Below are positions 37,866 to 49,503 of a DNA stretch of 64,000 bases, piece after piece (within the stretch, counting starts at the first letter, position 1; each line of letters starts with the position of its first letter). Both the position numbers and the translations under genes were made by a program. The stretch is from Malacoraja senta (taxonomy: Eukaryota). Location: contig CM075978.1 in assembly GCA_038087875.1 (NCBI GenBank), positions 179,986,001 through 180,050,000 of the forward strand, in the 5' to 3' direction. The notes beneath the pieces were generated by a model. It saw nothing but the letters and a program-made list of their open reading frames with translations. It had not been told where the DNA came from and did no database searches.

Positions 37866-40800
37866 TGACGCGGTAGTTACTGACTCGCAAGAGCCTGAAA
37901 CGCCATCCCACCAGCAGCGTTCAGACAGTGCTGATAACAGTTCTGCTATTCACTCCCTCCTCCCATTGTCTAACAAGCTACTTGACCCCGAAGTAAATGT
38001 GTTCGTGAATAACAGGCCCATACTCGCCAAAGTAGACACGGGGGCAAAGGTCAACGTCATGTCGATAAGAGAGTTTAATAAAATTCGAAATACATAAGGA
38101 CTCCTCAACACTTCGGGCTTACGGGGCAGAGATCCTTCATCCACTGGGAAAAGCTGATTTAAAGTGCACAGTAGACGAGCAGACACGCACACTGCAGTTT
38201 TACATTGTCAAATCAAACTCAGAGACTTTGCTTGGTATCAATGCATGCCACGATCTAGGCCTGGTGTATTTTGGAAGTGCGGTCCACAAATTATTCCTCA
38301 CTGATGAGCCAGCTCAACAACTGCTTTCCCAGTACAAAGACCTGTTTGATGATGGACTTGGCAAGTTGCCTATAAAATATCGAATCACTGTTGATCCTAC
38401 AGTCACACCTGTAGTCCGAGCACCACATCGAGTTCCACATGCCATGTGCGACAGAATACACGATGAACTCAGACGCATGGTCTCAATGGGAGTCATTGCT
38501 GAAGATACCAACCCGTCTGACTGGGCTTCCACCATGGTCGTTGCAACTAAGAAAAACAAAGAGATACGTATCTGCATCAATCCGAGAGATCTGAATACTG
38601 CAATCGAGCACCCCCACTACCCAATGAGAACCACAGGAGATGTCGCTGCATAGATTGGAAACGCATCAGTGTTCTCAGTCCTGGATGCCAAAAGCTCCTT
38701 TTGGCAGATTCCATTAGACTCGGACTCATCTAACCTCACTACTTTCGGTACACTCTTCGGCCGTTTCAAGTTTCTGAGGATGCCCTTCGGCATCAACTCC
38801 GCCAGCGATGTTTTGCAACGCACCATGGAACAACTGTTTGCAGAGTACTCGTGCGCCATCTTTGTTGATGATATTCTCGTCTACGGTCGCGACCTGGCTG
38901 AAAATGACGCTAATCTGAAGTGAGTGCTCGACCATGCAAAAGACATTAATCTCAAACTGAATCACTAAACTGCAGGTTTCGAGTTCCGGTGGTCACCTAC
39001 GTCGGACATGTTTTCACCAGAAGTGGTTTCAGTCCTGATCCACTGAAAACTGCAGCCATCAACGAACTGCCAGTTCCCACTGACGTCACGGGTTTACAAT
39101 GATTCCTCGGCAAGGTCAACTACCTGGGTAAATTTATTCCTAACCTCAGCGAGCTATCGGCTCCTCTGCACGAGCTGACACACAAAGACATGGCATGGTC
39201 CTGGTACCCTCAGCACCAAACAGCTTTTGACACCCTCAAACTACAACTGGTCAGCGCGCCAACACTTTCATATTTTGATCTAAAGTTACCGGTTACGATC
39301 TCCTGCGATGCATCCCAGTACGGGCTAGGTGCGGCCTACAGACCACTACCGACGGCGGCATCAAGCCTGTCTCATATGCATCCCGTACTCTGACTGATAC
39401 CGAACAGCAATATGCCCAGATTGAAAAGGAACTGCTCGTGGTGGTTTTCGCATGTTCTAAATTCAAGGACTTCCACATCATCTACAAGAAAGGTAAAGGC
39501 ATGCACATAGCATACACGCTATCCAGAGCCCTGCGCAGAGCCAGTGAACAGCACCTCTCCGAACAGGACGAATTCTCAGTCATGAAGGTCTCGTTTGTGC
39601 CCACTCATCGTTTACGCCGTCTTGCCGAACACATGGCTGCGGATGAGACTTTACAATTGCTGTCAACAGTCATACGGGACGGTTGGCCCCACAAATACCC
39701 CGCTCGAGTAACGCCCCTACTTCCTAGTTCATGATGAATAAGTGCTACAGGACGGTGTCATAGTCAAGGGCCACAAGGCGGTGGTCCCAACCGCACTATG
39801 GGATGAATACTACATCGACGTCCACAGGGGCCACCCCGGCATGGAGGCCACCCTCCTACGGGCACAAAGTATGTTTTACTGGCCCGGAATGACAAAATAC
39901 ATACGTGAAAGAACCAAAATGTTTGCTGTCTGCAACAGTTTAGCACCACTTCAGCAGAAGCAGCCTCTTCTGCCCCAACCAGTTCATCCTCTTCCGTGGT
40001 CCTCGCTGGCCACCGACATCTTCGAATGGCATGGGAAACACAATCTGGTTCTTGTTAACTCTTATTCGGAATGGTTCAAAATAGACCTACTGCAAACCAT
40101 TTCCTCGGAGGCAGTGATCGAGAAGCTGCAATGGCACCTTTCCGTGCATGGTTCCCCTGCACGTATTCCGACTGACAATGGCAGACAATTCACCAGCCAA
40201 GCATTTAAGGCCTTTGCTGAAAGATGGGACTTCCGACGCATTACCAGCAGCCCCGAGTTCCCGCAGTCCAATGGACTGGCCGAACGGGCTTTTCGGAGTG
40301 CGAAACAACTTATGGAAAGTTCTTACCTTGCCAAAACCGACGTATACCTGCACTTGCTCAATCTACGAAACATTGCATGGGACCCCATCCTAGGCTCTCC
40401 AGCCCAGCGACAAATGTCTCACCAAACCCGTGCACCCCTGCCTGTCTCTCAGCAGCTGCTGCAGCCGCGCGTTCACTTCCCGCCCACGGTACATAAGCAG
40501 CTACAATTCAAACGGGACACACAGAAGTGTTCTTCGACAAGTCCAGCAAGCCACTTAAACCACTTGCACATGGACTGCAATCCGACAAGGGCCATACACG
40601 ACATTTATAGCCCGTCCAAAGAGCCACGTTCATACCTGGTCGAAGTGGACAGAATTATCTACAGACGCAACTGTCAACATATCCTTCCAGTGAAGGAACC
40701 ACATCCTTTAACTCCAGGTCCTGATGCCCCGCCTCTCGTCTTCGCTCCTACAGCCGTTCCAGCGACTCCACCACCAGCCGTTACTACTGCCGCGGGTTCC

Positions 40801-40995
40801 CCACGTCGGTTGACACCTGGCTCGCCTATGGCATTTCCCACCAGGCCTGCCAGCTCGCCGGTCGTGTCCCCACTCCCTTCCCCTGTCTTTTCTCCCGCGA
40901 AAGGAGGTGAGGCTGTCTCCTACCGCACGAGAGCTGGACGGGTTTGCAAGCCACCTGTTAGATATGGCGATTTTGTATAATCTTGCTGCCGGGAA

Positions 40996-42620
40996 GTGGT
41001 GTTAGGTAAATTGAATGGAATAAAGGCCGATAAATCCCCAGGGCCAGATAAGTTGCATCCCAGAGTACTTAAGGAAGTAGCCCCAGAAATAGTGGATGCA
41101 TTAGTGATAATTTTTCAAAACTCTTTAGATTCTGGAGTAGTTCCTGAGGATTGGAGGGTAGCTAATGTAACCCCACTTTTTAAAAAGGGAGGGAGAGAGA
41201 AAACGTGGAATTACAGACTAGTTAGTCTAACATCGGTAGTGGGGAAAATGCTAGTCAGTTATTAAAGATGGGATAGCAGCACATTTGGAAAGTGGTGAAT
41301 TCATTGGACAAAGTCAGCATGGATTTATGAAAGGTAAATCATGTCTGACGAATCTTATAGAATTTTTCGAGGGTGTAACTAGTAGAGTGGATAAGGGAGA
41401 ACCAGTGGATGTGTTATATCTGGACATTCAGAAGGCTTTCGACAAGGTCCCACATAAGAAATTAGTATGCAAACTTAAAGCACACGGTATTGGGAGTTCA
41501 GTATTGATGTGGATAGAGAACTGGCTGGCAGACAGGAAGCAAAGTGTAGGAGTAAACGGGTCCTTTTCTGAATGGCAGGCAGTGACTAGTGGGGTACCGC
41601 AAGGCTCAGTGCTGGGACCCCAGCTATTAACAATATATATTAATGATCTGGATGAGGGAATTGAATGCAACATCTCCAAGTTTGTGGATGACACAAAGCT
41701 GGGGGGCAGCATTAGCTGTGAGGAGGATGCTAGGAGGCTGGAAGGTGACTTGGATAGATTGGGTGAGTGGGCAAATGCATGGCAGATGCAGTATAATGTG
41801 GATAAATGTGAGGTTATCCACTTTGGTGGCAAAAACAGGAAGGTAGACTATTATCTGAATGGTGGCCGATTATAGGAAAAGGGACGATGCAACGAGACCT
41901 GGGTGTCATGGTACACCAGTCATTGAAAGTAGGCATGCAGGTGCAGCAGGCAGTGAAGAAAGCGAATGGTATGTTAGCATTAATAGCAAAAGGATTTGAG
42001 TATAAGAGCAGGGAGGTTCTACTGCAGTTATACAGGGTCTTGGTGAGACCACACCTGGAGTATTGCGTACAGTTTTGGTCTCCTAATCTGAGGAAAGACT
42101 TTCTTGCTATAGAGGGAGTACAGAGAAGGTTCACCAGACTGATTCCTGGGGTGACAGGACTTTCATATGAAGAAAGACTGGATAGACTCGGCTTGTACTC
42201 GCTAGAATTTAGAAGATTGAGGGGGTATCTTATAGCAACTTACAAAATTCCTAGGGGTTGGACAGGCTAGATGCAGGAAGATTATTCCCAATGTTGGGAA
42301 AGTCCAGAACAAGGGGTCACAGTTTAAGGATAAGGGGGAAGTCTTTTAGGACCGAGATGAGAAAATCATTTTTTACACAGAGAGTGGTGAATCTGTGGAA
42401 TTCTCTGCCACAGAAGGTAGTTGAGGCCAGTTCATTGGCTATATTTAAGAGGGAGTTAGATGTGGCCCTTGTGGCTAAAGGGGTCAGGGGGTATGGAGAG
42501 AAGGCAGGTACAGGATACTGAGTTCGATGATCAGCCATGATCATATTGAATGGCGGTGCAGGCTCAAAGGGCCGAATGGCCTACTCCTGCACCAATTTTC
42601 TATGTTTCTATGTTTCTATG
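40996..42620 (+). mobile_element. CR1 LINE 3' 1.6 kb inside the Gypsy element
   Basis: [29 protein letters not shown]; (ctatgttt)n tail. Confidence 0.92.
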
Positions 42621-43895
42621 CTAACATATTCTTAGCATCCCCTCGTCATATTATTTAAGGCACCGTAGTTTATTTATTTTCTACAAGAAGAGATGTAGAT
42701 CGGCTATTGCATGCTAGCCAATCATTGTGCTTGTTAGTAGTAGCCCCGCCTAGTACATGCTTTATAATATTAAGAACTCGCCTATGTCAGGCAATAGGTG
42801 CAGCAGTCGGAGATGTAACTCCAATGCTGCAGCTGCAGATCCAATGCTGTAAGTGTTTAATAAAGATGTGTTGTATCTTTACATGTGTCTGAGTCTCGTA
42901 GTTACAGATCGGTGGGAGATGGAAGCCATCTTAGCTTCATCAACAGAGCCACCTACGATGTTCTTCCCTCACCCAAGAACCTAAACGAGTGGCTTGGAGA
43001 AGATCCATTATGTTCTCTCTGTCAAATCCCAGCAACATTAAGGCACATCCTCACTGGCTGCAAAACCAGTCTTTCACAAGGCCGCTACACCTGGAGGCAC
43101 AATCAGGTTCTGCGACAACTGGCAATTACCTTGGAAGGAAGAAGAACTCCCACCAATGCCTCCCTCCCCCACGCCTGGTTTCTCGAACACCACCCCTTTT
43201 GTAAAGGCAGGACAACTTCCAGAAAAGCCATTTGCAAGAAGGGAACCGACCCTCCTGGACACTGCCCGGGACTGGAAAATGCAGGCTGATCTAGACCAGA
43301 AGCTCATCTTTCCACCAGAGATCATCACAACCAATCTCATGCCGGACCTGATCTTGTGGTCAACCTCATAGAAGTCCCTGTACATCATGGAGTTAACTGT
43401 GCCTTGGGAGGCTGCAGTTGGGGAAGTGCATGAACGCAAATGTCTGAAGTATTCATAATTAGCAGCCGAGGCAGAACAATGCGGCTGGCATACCCAGGTG
43501 CTCCCTGTAGAGGTTGGTTGTAGAGGGTTTGTAGCCATGTCAACAACCAGACTCCTGAAGGGAATGAGAGTTCGAGGATAGGCCTTCCGGCAAGCCGTCA
43601 GGTTGCTGTCAGAGGCTGCCGAGCGAAGCAGCAACTGGCTGAGGCTGAAGAGGAAGGACTCCAATTGGGCTGCAAAATGACCAGCAAGTGGGGTAAAATG
43701 GAGGGGAGCACACCTGGGATGCCAGGTGTTGCTGTTGAGCCCTCTGGAGGTGTCGTGGGCCTATCAACAAAACATCAAGGAAGGAGGGTGCCCACCTGAT
43801 GACCCCACTGAAGCCTTTACCCCTACCCCCACTCAAGATATTAAGAAGGTGCCAATTGTAGTAGGGATTGTAATATCAAGTCTTATAAGCTCAAC

Positions 43896-46800
43896 AGATA
43901 AGCTGGAGAAATCCAGTGACTGCTGTGAAAATGCAGCTGACAACTAGGGAAAGACCATGTGATGGCGTGGAAAGACAGCTGTCAGGAGGAAAAGACCCCA
44001 ACGGGGTTAGCATGGACTAGCTATCCATGACGGCTGGCTCCGTCACTGTGAATTGTGAATAGGAGTCACCCCTCATGGCAACGAAAAATTTAAAGAGGAA
44101 AATACCCCCTGAGTCTGCGAGAGAGGGGGTGGAAGTTGACTCATCGGATGACAACCCGGTAACCGACCCTTGCATGAACACGATGACGAAGAAGATAATC
44201 GGCATGGCACTTACAACATCAGCTGCAGGACAAGAACTCCAAGAGTGTCGCTGTGGCTGGTCCAAGGTAACATCGATCAGAGGCCTATAAATACATCAAG
44301 GGCGGATGAAGTGCTTGAAGGAGGTGAGGCCTGGACCTCGCATTGATCAGTATCTCCTGAGAGAAAGATCAAATCAGTCGAGTGAAGCTCAGCGGCAGGA
44401 TACAACCCAGTCCAACGAGCATCAATACCCCAGTGGCTAAGGAGAATAATTCAAGCACAACATCTGAGAACCCGGAATCCAGCCAGACGCAGCCTGCTTT
44501 GGAGAAGAAGATGCAAGGCCACAGACATCATGTGAAGTGGCCAAAGTCCAGCAGCAAGAAAGAGTGGGCAACAATCGACGCAGACCTGAGTAAGATCCTA
44601 GACGGACTTCACGGAACAGTGGAGAAGAAACTGGAGAAAATGAGTGATCTGATCTACTTCTACGGGGCAGAAAGGTTCAGAACCAAAAAGAAGGAAACAA
44701 CAACCCCTCCAAAGCTCAGAAGGCAGCGAGAAATCGAGCGCCTAATCAAAGAGAGAAGGGACCCGAGGTAATGGTGGAGGAAATCCTCACTGGAGGAAAG
44801 AGTGGGCATCAACCTCCTGCAAGCAGATCTAATGGAATGCCTGGGAAGACTACGGAGAGCAGAAACCCTCAGAATTCAACGCAAGAAGAAGGAGAGGGCA
44901 AGAACATCATTCTACAAGCATCCCTTCAGATTTGTGAAAGGACTCTTCACAAAGGAAAAGACTGGGTCACTTAAGGTGTCAAAGAGGGAATTGGAGGACC
45001 ATCTGAAATCAACGTACACAGACTACCAAAGATTTGAGCAGAGGGGGATACTTCCAGACATGCCACCCATTCCTCAACCGGAACACCAGTTGGACAACAG
45101 CCTCCCAAGGTGCAGCGAAGTCGAGAAAGCCGTAAGGAAGGCAAGGGCAGCTTCAGCTCCAGGACCAAACGGAGTTTCATAACGGCTGTACAAAAATGCT
45201 CCAAATGTTCTAAGGTTCCTATGGAAGCAAATGAAGGTAGCATGGAAAAAGCAAACCATCCCAAAAGCATGGCGAATAGCAAGGGGAGTGGTGATCCCCA
45301 AGGAAAAAGATGCCTCAAACATCGACCAATACCGGCAAATCAATCTCTTGGATGTTGAAGAGAAGATCTTCTTTAGCATTGTTGCTCAAAGGATGATAAC
45401 CTACCTGAAACAGAACAACTTGATTGACACGTCAGTACAGAAAGCTGATATACCAGGCTAGTCTGGATCCTTAGAACACACAAGCATGATATGGCATCAA
45501 ATCCAGTCAGCAAGAAGGGAATGAAGAGATCTGCACGTCTTATTCCTGGAACTAATCAATGCTTTTGGATCTGTTCCCCATTGTCTCCTCTGGACAGCCT
45601 TCGAGTTCTTCCATGTGCCAAAGAACATTGCAAACCTGGTCAAGATTTACAATTCTGTATTACAACAACAGAATAGACAACATCATGGCAATCACTGGAA
45701 GTGGGAATAATGGCAGGTTGCACCGTCTCCCCGCTAGCCTTCACCATGGCGATGGAAGTGATCATCTGAGCTTCCAAGTGGGTCGTAGGAGGAGAGCGGC
45801 TGCAGTCTGGGCAGCGGCTACCTACCATTCGCGCCTACATGGATGACATGACCACCCTGACCTCAACCATTGCATGCACCAAGCGCCTGCTGGAAAAGCT
45901 TCATGCGAAATGACATGGGACCGGTTGAAGTTGAAACCCAGCAAATCCAGGAGCATATCCATCATCAGAGGAAAAATCGTAGACAAGCGATTCCACAATG
46001 ATGAAACACCCATTCCGATGGTATCAGAGCTGTCAGTAAAGAGTTTAAGACGGTGGTACAATGCAAGCCTCAAAGACTCAGACCAGTGTGACCAACTGAG
46101 GGAAAAAAACATCAAAGGCCTTACTATCATAGACAAGACCTCGCTTCCTGGTAAGCAGAAACTGTGGTGCCTGCAGTTTGGCTTGCTCCCCCATCTGATG
46201 TGGCCTCTGACCATCTACGAGGTCCCCATCACCAAAGTCGAAAAGTTGGAGAGGACAGTCAGTTCATACATCAAGAAGTGGCTTGGACTCCCGTGTTGCC
46301 TCAGCAATATCGGCTTGTTTGGACACAGCGCTCTGGAACTGGAAGTCTCTAGCCTCATAGAAGAATACAAATGCACCAAAGTGAGGCTGGACATGATCCT
46401 GGCCGAATGTCAAGATGATGCGGTATGAGCGGCTGCTCCCAGACTGGCAACTGGGCGGAAGTGGACCCCATTGGAGGCTGTACAGCAAGCAAAATCTGCT
46501 CTCAGGCATGGAGACATTGTAGGACAGGTGCAGCAGGGAAGAGGTGGGATTGGACTCGGGACAAGTCGACCCACATGGTACAAGGCAACATCCACCCAGA
46601 GAAGAAAGCTGGTAGTTGCTGAGGCCCGTCAGCAAGAGGAGGCAGAGAGATGCGCAAAGGCAGTCCCACAGTCCAAACCGGGCGAGTGGACTACCTGGTA
46701 AAACCTGGAGCATCGTAAGCTTACCTGGAATGATCTGTGGGAAATGGGAAGAAGCTGTCTTAGCTTCATCATCAGAGCCACCTACGATGTTCTTCCCACA

Positions 46801-47727
46801 CCCAGGAAACCAACCCAGTGGCTTGGAGAAGATTCATTATGTTCTCTCTGTCAAACCCCAGCAACATTAAGGCACATCCCCACTGGCTGCAAAACCAGTC
46901 TTTCACAAGGCCGCTACACCTGGAGGCACAATCAGGTCCTGTGACAACTGGCGATTACCTTGGAAGGAAGGAGAACTACCACGAATGGCCTCCCTCCCCC
47001 AACGCCTGGTTTCTCGAACACCACCCCTTTTGGAAAGGCAGGGCAACTTCCAGGGAAGCCATTTGCAAGAAGGGAACCGATCCTCCTGGACATTGCCCGG
47101 GACAGGAAAATGCAGGCTGATCTAGACCAGAAGCTCATCTTTCCACCAGAGATCATCACAACTAATCTCAGGCCGGACCTGATCTTGTGGTCAACCTCAC
47201 CGAAGTCCCTGTACATCGTGGAGTTAACTGTGCCTTGGGAGGTTGCAGTTGGTGAAGCGCATGAACGCAAATGTCTGAAATATTCAGACTTAGCAGCCGA
47301 GGCAGAACAACGCGGCTGGCGTACCCCAGGTGCTCCCTGTAGAGGTTGGTTGTAGAGGGTTTGTAGCCATGTCAACAACCAGACTCCTGAAGGGAATGGG
47401 AGTTCGAGGACAGGCCTTCCGGCAAGCCGTCAGGTCGCTATCAGAGGCTGCGAGCGAAGCAGCAACTGGCTTGTGGCTGAAGAGGAAGGACTCGTATTGG
47501 GCTGCAAAATGACCAGCAAGAGGGGTAAAACAGAGGGGAGCGCACCTGGGACGCCAGGTGTTGCTGTTGTGCTCTCTGGGGGTGTCCTGGGCATATCAAC
47601 CAAATACCAAGGAAGGAGGGTGCCCACCTGATGATCCCAATTAAGTCTTTACCCCTACCCCCACTCAAGATATTAAGAAGGCACCAATTGTAGTAGGGAT
47701 TGCAATATCAAGTCCTATAAGCTCAAC
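43896..47727 (+). mobile_element. Hero-type non-LTR element, copy 2, near full length, degenerate ORF
   Basis: N-terminal Cys/His motif (CRCGW...IHQGRMKC), RT (AYMDDMT), CSLC...RHNQVL, RPDLILWS...ELTVPWE...KYSDL; 3' end identical in layout to copy 1. Confidence 0.88.
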
Positions 47728-48872
47728 TCCATGTCAATACTCTACCACCAATACCATGTGCTCTAATTTTGCACACTAAACTCTTGTGTGAGTCCTTGTC
47801 TTTTTGAAAGTCCAGATACACCACATCCACTCGCTCTCCCTTATCCATTCTACTTGTCATATCCTCGACAAAATCCAAAAGATTAGTCAAACATTATATC
47901 CCCTTCATAAATCCATGCTGACTTTGATCGATCCTGTCACTGCTTTCCAAATGTGCTGCTGTTACACCTTTAATAATCGACTCAAGCATCTTCCCCACTA
48001 CCTGGCATATAATTCCCCATTTTCTCTCTCTCTCCTTTCTTAAAACGTGGAGTTATGTTAGCTACCCTCCAGTCCACGGGAACGGATCCAGAGTCTATCG
48101 AACACTGGAAAATGATCACCAATGCATCCATGATTTTTAGGGCCACCTCCTTGAGTATGGGATGCAGACCATCTGGCCCTGGGAGAATAAAGAGGGAAGA
48201 TTAGACTTTATTGCCTTCCATCACAGTGAGGAATGTAGGGAATCCCCTGTGGTGGATGTATATGTTGACTTTTATGTAGTTGTGTGTCTTGTTCCTTTTT
48301 CTAGTATGGCTGTATGGTAAACCGAGTTTCACTGTACATTAATTGGTACTCGTGACCATAAAATACATTTGAAACCTTTGAAACCTTTTATCTGCCTTTA
48401 GTCCCAACAGTTTACATCACACCATTTCCTCACTAATGTGGATTCCCTTCAGTTCCTCCCTCCCGCTAGATCCTCAGTCTCCCAGTATATCTCCAGTATT
48501 TAAGAAACTTGATCAAGGCATCCTTGGGCTCACAGATATTCTCGCATTCCATGACTATCCACGCAATTAAAATCTAAAATTATGCAAATAAAACCACTAA
48601 ATGCGATTCTTCCCGATAGCTGTCGAAAGCTGAAGTAGACTCTACTCGGTGTTAAATTTGACATCTAGATGAGCAGTGGACAATATCGGTGTCAACAGCA
48701 ACAAAATCTGAATCTTGATCGCAGCACCGATTCTTCCTCTGCTTTAATGGCCCTGATGCATTCGGCTATGACGTTCTTTTACCTTTTAGTTCTACTATTC
48801 GGACTTGTCATTTCCATCTGTTGTTGTACTTGGATATAGTTGTGATGATGGCAATATATTGTATAACCCCAT

Positions 48873-49014
48873 CTTCTTCTTCTTCTTTCGTGTGGCGTGC
48901 ACAGCCTAAAGTTGTTGGACAACTTGTTCTATTTGATCTTCCGTTTGTGCACGTCGAGTTGATTGCATTAGTCGAAACAGGGCAGACCACGTGAAGGTTG
49001 CAATCTTCCACCCC
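48873..49014 (-). mobile_element. 142-bp SINE-like insertion with (GAA)n tail
   Basis: Absent from the gene A arm; flanked by gtataaccccat / gtataatcccat (11 of 12 match). Confidence 0.8.
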
Positions 49015-49310
49015 GTATAATCCCATGCTAGATCAATTACAATGGCGTCCAGCAACACAGGGGTCCCTTAATTAAATTATTGCACGTTTTGGAATTATCG
49101 GCGCACATTGTCCCATACTCTGTCGGTAATCGCGCCCTGATCTCTGGCATTTAGGAATTCCCCAACTCTGATAATTCGCTAGTTTAATTGCGATCTAAGA
49201 TCCAAATTCTACAATTATTTTCAAAAACCTTCTCGCTTCGCTTTCGCCCTGCAGAAAACACCTCCCAAACATTATTTTGTTAGTTACCGGATGCACTCTT
49301 ATTTATGTTC

Positions 49311-49370
49311 TTTCACCAGCGAATGCGAAGTGTCGTCCCACCCACGTAAGAAAACGCGCCAAACGTCATC
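49311..49370 (+). promoter_or_regulatory. Putative proximal promoter motifs of gene B
   Basis: ccagcgaatgcgaagtg...cacgtaag...aaacgtca is conserved in all three leader-upstream regions. Confidence 0.35.
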
Positions 49371-49457
49371 GCACCACATTTCAAAGTAACCATTGCTTAA
49401 AGTGAATATCGTAGTGAGGCATCAGTTGAATGATTTTCTCCGAATGTTAAAACTGCA

Positions 49458-49503
49458 ATGTTTCTGGTCCCGATTCTGTCTCTCTCCATGATTATTTGCA
49501 CAG
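49458..49503 (+). CDS. Gene B exon 1, signal peptide [15 protein letters not shown]
   Basis: ATG at 49458, donor AG|GTACTT, phase 1. Confidence 0.9.

Larger units (their letters stand above)
29739..42906 (+). mobile_element. Gypsy LTR retrotransposon with both LTRs (29739-29912, 42694-42906)
   Basis: LTRs TGTAGATC...GTTACA; gag fragments, protease VDTGA (38035), RT FVDD (38861), RNase H CDASQYGLG, integrase ORF 39742-40980; purine tract before the 3' LTR. Confidence 0.93.
27981..43895 (+). mobile_element. R2-superfamily Hero-type non-LTR element, copy 1 (5'-truncated; 27981-29738 plus 42907-43895)
   Basis: LDLANAFGSVPH, GCTISP, DDMT RT motifs; RHNQVL, PDLILWS, ELTVPWE restriction-like endonuclease motifs. 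Confidence 0.85.
26830..48520 (-). mobile_element. CR1 LINE split into 26830-27980 and 47728-48520 by a 19.7-kb nested insertion
   Basis: Halves rejoin in register on the minus strand: ...GIGGRVLTW | IDNWLADRE... Confidence 0.85.
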
